The notes under the pieces were generated by a model that did no database searches, had not been told where the DNA came from, and saw only the letters and a program-made list of their open reading frames with translations. A stretch of DNA of 64,000 nucleotides, from assembly GCA_002269645.1 (NCBI GenBank), contig NIVC01000620.1, positions 444,979 through 508,978 of the forward strand, read 5' to 3'. The stretch comes from Macrostomum lignano. Its lineage: Eukaryota. Positions 57,741 to 64,000 of this stretch are shown here, one piece after another. Position numbers and translations under genes: made by a program. Position 1 is the stretch's first letter, and every line of letters begins with the position of its first letter.

Positions 57741-59621
57741 CTGACTGACTGACTCCCATTATTTTCATCAAGTTAAACAACCTAATTAGGCACTTAACGT
57801 AAATTCTAAATTTGCAGATCGCTCTCGTACTGTATGGACCACTAGCAGTAGGCTGCCAGCGTTTTTTGTGTGTTCGTCCTCCAAATCTTACGATTATCAA
57901 TATTTGACATACATGTAGTTTTGCTTATTAACGTATTTTTAGGTCACATATTGTACTCTCTCAGGGATTACTAGCTCGTATTGAGGTATTTGAATTTTTA
58001 GTCTTCATGATGAAGTTGTCAATCATTTTTACAACGGGTTTTATAAGTTTTGGCCCAGAAAGTCTGAAAAGGTCATGTGATTTTCGAATTTAGTTCTTAT
58101 TATTCTTCGTTGATATGGAATCAAAGATCATTGTTCTGGTCTCACCAGACAATCACGTCGACCTCCGCGGTAACTGAAATTATTGATCCAGTCAATAATG
58201 AGAAGCGAAATTGTTTATATTGACTAAGATCGGTAGATGTACACGAAAAATATTTGAGTGCAAGATTACAAACTCAATGATAAAAAACAAACATCGTTCA
58301 ACAAAGTAATTTAAGCAAGACTATTTAATTAAAAATTCGATACCTGCTTATTTCATTCAATCATAGTTTGATTTGTTCTTCCAAAAACAATAAAGCCATC
58401 GGCCTACGCGAAAGTCCTTCATCGCTAGAGTTATATTTCCAGTTCGTGATAATCATTTCCCATGTCCCACGCACTCAAATCCCAGTTCCTATTTAGCACT
58501 TACTTATCCCAGCTCTATATCGACCAAGTAATTACCGGAACTCTAATCCTACTCATTTTTTTCGCACCTATCTTACCATCCTCATCTACTTTCCAATCCT
58601 CCTCTCCATCTCTGTCATTCGCGTGCAGAGTCCCACAGTTCTTCCCTCAGCCCTTAGCAACAGCAATTTTCCACGAATCCTATTCCCGATCACCCGATAG
58701 GCCTCCCAGCGTCCTCGCTTAGTGCTGTACCATGCTTATATGGAGTATTTTTCCATAAAAGTATCTGGCCACTTCAGGCTCTTCCGCGCAGCTCACTTCC
58801 CTCATCCTCTCTCTCTCTCTGTTCCTCATTCGCTCTCCCCTCCTACTTAAGCTACCTTCAGTCTCTGCTTGCGCATGATCCCGCAGCAAAAAAGTGTCTA
58901 TAAGCCCTTAGGCGCTATTTCTGCTCCCCCTCTTAGCCTTCGTCCTCCGGAATATCCTCCGGTCGGGTCTCCCCATCTCTTCCTCTTGATCGCCCCGGCC
59001 CGTCCCCTCTTCACATCGCTCTTCAATTTTGCGGCCCCAGCCAGCGGCTATAAAGTCAGAAAGCGTCCAACAAACCTAATTTACTGCAGGCCCCGTTCAG
59101 GAGAGAGAATTAAAAAAAGAGCAGCATATACAACGGCTGCAACCGCGTCCTCGGCTCTTTTCCAGCAGAGCGCGGAGCCACCTGGACTTTGGCGAGTAAA
59201 AAGCTCCGTCAGAGTGTCTAGGTGGATCCAGCAACGGTGAAGCTGTAACGTTTTAACCTCCCCTTCCCCAATTCGACTTTTTACCCCCCCCCCCTCCCTG
59301 CCTGGCCGGTGGGCCATCCAGTTGTGTCCCAGCACGGCATCGAAGCTTCTCTATTTGTTCCTTTTCTTCCAGACTGAACGGTTGCACGAAATTTAACCTT
59401 TTTTGATTACTGGATGCCCCACACAGCCTATATTTAGAGATTGCAACATGCCATGTAGCAGCAGTACGTCTAACCTTCGCTTCGCATGTAAACATTGATA
59501 TATTCATCGCTAACGTACTAAGGTAAGTGTAATCATAATTTTTTCTAATTGCTAATGGGCTAGTTAGGTTATTAAGTACTGTTTCCTAAAAAAATATGTA
59601 GATGACAATGAGACAACGACA

Positions 59622-59820
<199 letters not shown>

Positions 59821-59902
59821 ACTATGACAGACAGTTGACCAAAAGCTATCAGCTATCAGCTAATCGCGTCAACTCACTTCCAGAACGTCAGCCGTGTAGA
59901 GC

Positions 59903-60302
59903 ATGTCGTTCGTGTCTTCCCGAACCACGAGTGACTGCGATAACAACACGGGTGGCGGCGACGACTTCAATGCAGCAGCTTCGAGAGGTTCACCCGTGAC
60001 AGGCCTGTCCGTGCTCAACAGTCAGGACTCAGAGATGCAGATGCAGCTTGCCAGGCTATCCCGTCTGATGGCTCCAGCCGGTGGAAGCTCCACTGCGCTG
60101 CCACTAGAGTGCGACGCTGGATTCGAGAGCTCTTCTCTCTGCGGCAATTTCAACAATGTCGACCCGGAGTCCGATGATCGACCGACAGCCAAACAGAAGC
60201 GAGTAGCTCGCGTGGTGATGGCTGTCGCCTTCATTCTGCTGTCAATGTGCTTCGTGCTGATTGTTGTCACGCTGTCAATGTCTGATCACATTGACAGAAT
60301 GG
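59903..60302 (+). CDS. Coding exon of a small single-pass membrane protein; downstream exon(s) unresolved
   Basis: ATG-initiated Ser/Gly-rich segment, then KRVARVVMAVAFILLSMCFVLIVVTLSMSDHIDRM and donor gtgagt at 60303. Confidence 0.6.
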
Positions 60303-60374
60303 GTGAGTTTCCGGGAAGTGTGTTGAAATTAAAAAAGCGCATCTTTTTCTTCTGTCTACAGCATTGGAAAACGA

Positions 60375-60640
60375 CTATTAGCACACTTCTCTCTTTACTC
60401 ACCGTACTCTACTCTCTACTCACTGTACTCTACTCTCTAATCACTGTACTCTACTCTCTAATCACTGTACTCTACTCTCTAATCACTGTACTCTACTCTC
60501 TAATCAATGTACTCTACTCTCTACTCATTGTACTCTACTCTCTAATCAATGTACTCTACTCTCTAATCACTATACTCTACTCTCTAATCACTGTACTCTA
60601 CTCTCTAATCACTGTACTCTACTCTCTACTCATTGTACTC
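60375..60640. repeat. 21-bp minisatellite (ctctactctctaatcactgta), intronic
   Basis: Tandem array; gives the spurious LYSLITV tail of ORF 59903-60643. Confidence 0.9.
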
Positions 60641-61829
60641 TAATTTATACTCACTAAACTCTAATCTCTGCTTTCGATCCAAAGATGAGACGGGATTGAA
60701 GGGTTGAGGTCTCTCTGCCCTAGACGCTTACGGAAAGGTTATTAATAGGCTTTTAGGCCATGCATTGGTTTCCATGCCTTGTTTCTATTCTACTCGTAGA
60801 GCATTGTTATAATTGTTATAATGACCAAGGAAGAAGCATTGCCAAAGAATGTTATTTCTTCGGTGAAAAGTACCAACTAACAGAATGCAAATCGGAATGA
60901 AGGCTAAATGCTGATTACCTTATCAACTGAAGACTTATAAACGTAGACTTCTGGAAGACTCGACACTGAAGCTTAGGAATATTGGCTATAATGCTTTTAA
61001 AATCTTGAAAAAAATACTCTGGTATATTTAGCTTCTCAATCTTCTTACTAAGAAGTAGCAAGAAAAGAATATAGTTTTTCTCCTTTAGTTTCCTCAAGAA
61101 ACTATTCAATCTGCATTTTATCTCTTTACTATAATTAGAGATAAATTACAAGCATTGATTGTTCATTTCAGTTCGAAAAGCTCTAATGCACAGTCTGAGC
61201 AAGGCCAGGTCGCAGTCAAGCTCAAAGTTGTCATCGGAGTTTCGACAGACTTGGAATTTGGCTACCACTGCAGCATCAGCAACCGATAACTGATTGATGC
61301 AATGCAGATTCGTTTTAGTATATTTAAGAATACCGAAACCAAAAAACGCTGTGGGCTGCAAATGACAACATTGCTTGTTTATTTGTATGCTGTGTAACGT
61401 ACATGTACTGCTCGATTTAAACTAAATTAAGTGATTCCTGTTTTGCGTTCATGGCTTAAAAATCATTATGAAGGTAAATAAAAAAGCTAAAGGTAATATT
61501 ACTCGTAGATCGCGGCTCATTTCCCACGGTGAACTAGTAAAAGTAGGTTAAGTGTAGGCAGAAGTGTAGCTTCTGGTGTCAAGTGGTTAAAATGAATAAA
61601 AAGGTTTCTTGAGAGGCGTCTGAAGAGTCTAAGTGCCACGCATTAAAGGAAAAGTAAAACTCAATTAAACGGATACTATACTCGTATGGAATCAGCTTTG
61701 AATTTTGTTAACAAACGTAATTATTGGTTAGAGGTTACGTTTATAATTATAGAAAACGCCTGCTAGAAAAAGAACACAGCAAATTCTATAGAGTCTTGTA
61801 AGAAAGTAAACTCTGCAAAACCACAGGAG

Positions 61830-62841
61830 CTACTGACGCTGCACCATGCACGCCTCCAGCCAGTCGTCGCGCACCCTCGCTTCGTTCACTTGGCTAATAC
61901 CATTGCGCAACTCGATAAGATCTACGTCATCCGGCAGTTGGCCAAGTATGAAGATGCAAATTCGAGCAAGAGGCCGGTAGATAATTCCATAGTTGTCCTG
62001 CTGAAGGAATTCTTGCTGATTAAAGTCGATCCTGGCCACCTTTTGGGGAGATTCGTCCAGCCGCTGCCAGCCGGTGTTGTCATCCCAGTGCGGGAAGGTG
62101 ACAAAAAACCAAAACTTGCCTGGCTCCGCATCTTCCAGAGTTTCTAAGACTCTCTCGGCAGTGGCGTTCAGCACAGGCTCCACAAAGGGCGGGCCGAGAC
62201 TCCAGCCGCCCGGATATCCGGACAGGTCGAGGCGGAAGAAGTTTCCCAGACTGCAAACGCGGCGTCAGTGTCATTGAACAGGCTGCAGAACTTGACGCCA
62301 TCTCGTCCCAGAAGGCGGCAGTTCAGAGGCGACGAGAAGCCCTCATAGGTGACGTGGCCAACGTCGTACAGAGCGTCGAGTCCCGACACGCACATGCCAG
62401 ACTCACCGCCGTAGAACTTGCACAGATGAGCGTAGCGGAGGCACATCAGCGCAGTCGCGTCAGTGCCGTATGTTTGCGCCAGGTAGCGAATTCGAAGACA
62501 ATTCCGGGTTTGGAAATCACCCACGAATAATTTTCCACTGGTTCCGCTCTCGGTGTATCGAACAGCAACATCAGGCAGTGGTTCATCCTCGAGATCAGTG
62601 CCCAAAATTCTTCGATACTGTCGAACACCTGGTTGGATATTCTCTTTGCCGTATCTTCATTCGCGCGTAAATTCTGTTGCAGCATCCTCTCCAGTTCCGT
62701 CCTGAGGTTTTCATTAAACGGTTGCTGTGGCAACAACGGATAGGCAGCTTCTTGATCCGCTGTGTTGAAGAGTTGCACGATTTGCAGAAACCTACCAAAC
62801 ACGTTTAATGCGGCATTCTTGTGCTTATTCTCGGACCCCAT
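61830..62841 (-). CDS. Intronless PCIF1/CAPAM-like methyltransferase-domain protein (about 337 aa after correcting two 1-nt frameshifts)
   Basis: Three overlapping minus-strand ORFs fuse by adding one T at 62604-62607 and one G at 62254: ...MCLRY...YEGFSSPLNCRL...FCSLFNDTDAAFGSLGNFFRLD...GWSLGPPFVEPVL...FFVTFPHW, matching the PCIF1 pattern LLRY / ECFASPLN / YCSAFPDTD..FGSRG / NPPF.EELM / F....P.W. Confidence 0.75.
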
Positions 62842-64000
62842 TTAGGAAGGGCTGTTCGAAAGTCTTGAAAAAGTGTTTCGATAAAATTGTATTGTCGCAT
62901 CTCTTTGGCGATTTTTTCCGGTTCTATTCCAGCGAATTCGCCATTATTTTCACACGGCTTGATTGTCTCAGTAATCGTTAGGGTAGTTTAGAGTGCAGAT
63001 ATTTGCAGCTCGGTGTTTTTTCAATGGCCTGTATTTATGTCGTTGCTCTCCAGCCGGTAGAGATTTTCATCGTTTATATTTCCAAGAAATGAAACAAAAT
63101 CTACGACAATAAAAATTCTCGCTGACGCGAGCGAGGGCAGGGAAATGTACAGTTTTGCAACTGAGGCAAAATTCCAGGAAATGGCTACTGTACATAACTC
63201 AGATCCAAATAACTGGATGTATAGTCTCTTCGGCCTGAAAATTGTTTTTTTTAACTAGAAACAATAGCCCAAGTGGCGCGCGCCGCCACTCGCTCATTGT
63301 AGGCAGCGCTAGAGCAGCTTATGTCCAGACAAAAAGTGCGCACAGTTATGTTCTTACCCCAAAAAGTCTGACCCCCGGCCTCAGTTCGTCTTTATGCAAA
63401 AGAGAGAGGCATACGAAGCTGCCGTGAAATGCGCAAGTACCTGCCGCAAAGTTTTGCTAGATTAATTTCAAATATATGATGAGACCATCTTCAATTCGAG
63501 CACAAGAACGACGACTTAACTGGACAAGCTTTTTATCTTCGAGTACTATTAGTAGCATTTAAAGCTCGACACTTCGAATGATGGAAACTTAAAGCTTAAT
63601 CAAGTGGTATTTTCTGGAATTTTGCAGATACAAGCATCTGATAACTGGTCATTTCGGACATTGATTTTTAAAACTAGGATGACTGTAGGGAAATTATTTT
63701 GAAGACAATTTCACTTCTAGGATTATAAACTCAAAGCTGAAGTTTCTAATCGGTGTCATATCTTAACTGCAACAGGTACAAACAAGATTAATAATTATAT
63801 TTGCAGGAGGGTTGTGGGCACCCTTGCATAGCATCTTCCCTGAAATAGCTCTACAAACAGCACTGAGACAATTCTGCCTCAGTCTTTTTGTCTTTTTGTT
63901 TTCAGTCTTTTCTGTCTCACTCCGGAGCACATTAGCACGCTTCAAACAAAAGTGTACATCGTCTCTGACTTTCAAATCGTCAGGAATGTAACACTATGTG

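Noticed and set aside
58440-59310. Pyrimidine-rich segment ending in a C-run, possibly a minus-strand LTR with a polypurine tract
   Set aside because: No second copy, canonical TG...CA ends or PBS found in the window

Overview
Eukaryotic (animal) genomic DNA with GT-AG spliceosomal introns and very dense micro- and minisatellites; it is not prokaryotic. The (TCTG)n/(GATA)n-packed introns, compact GC-richer exons and WSC-domain genes resemble a free-living flatworm such as Macrostomum (inference only). Genes in order: 3' end of an ATP8A-type P4-ATPase; two tandem SLC24/NCKX Na+/Ca2+ exchanger paralogues flanking two secreted WSC+PAN-like genes; four orphan coiled-coil or low-complexity genes; a third, frameshifted WSC+PAN-like gene; an ApoL/alpha-pore-forming-toxin-like gene; a nearly intronless channel with about 15 ankyrin repeats on a TRPM-like pore; a single-pass membrane protein exon; and an intronless PCIF1-like methyltransferase-domain gene. 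Mobile DNA: a tRNA-derived SINE (one full copy with a 13-bp TSD), a CORE-like SINE remnant, a satellite-carrying dispersed element and LTR/PBS-like remnants. Best leads: (1) the PCIF1-like gene has GPPF in place of catalytic NPPF; (2) the ankyrin plus TRPM-like channel; (3) a natural Asp-to-Asn change at the K+-dependence residue in one NCKX paralogue; (4) the ApoL/pore-former-like protein. Four frameshifts are each repaired by one base added to a short homopolymer, so they are probably assembly errors. All exon models and family calls were made by eye, without database searches.
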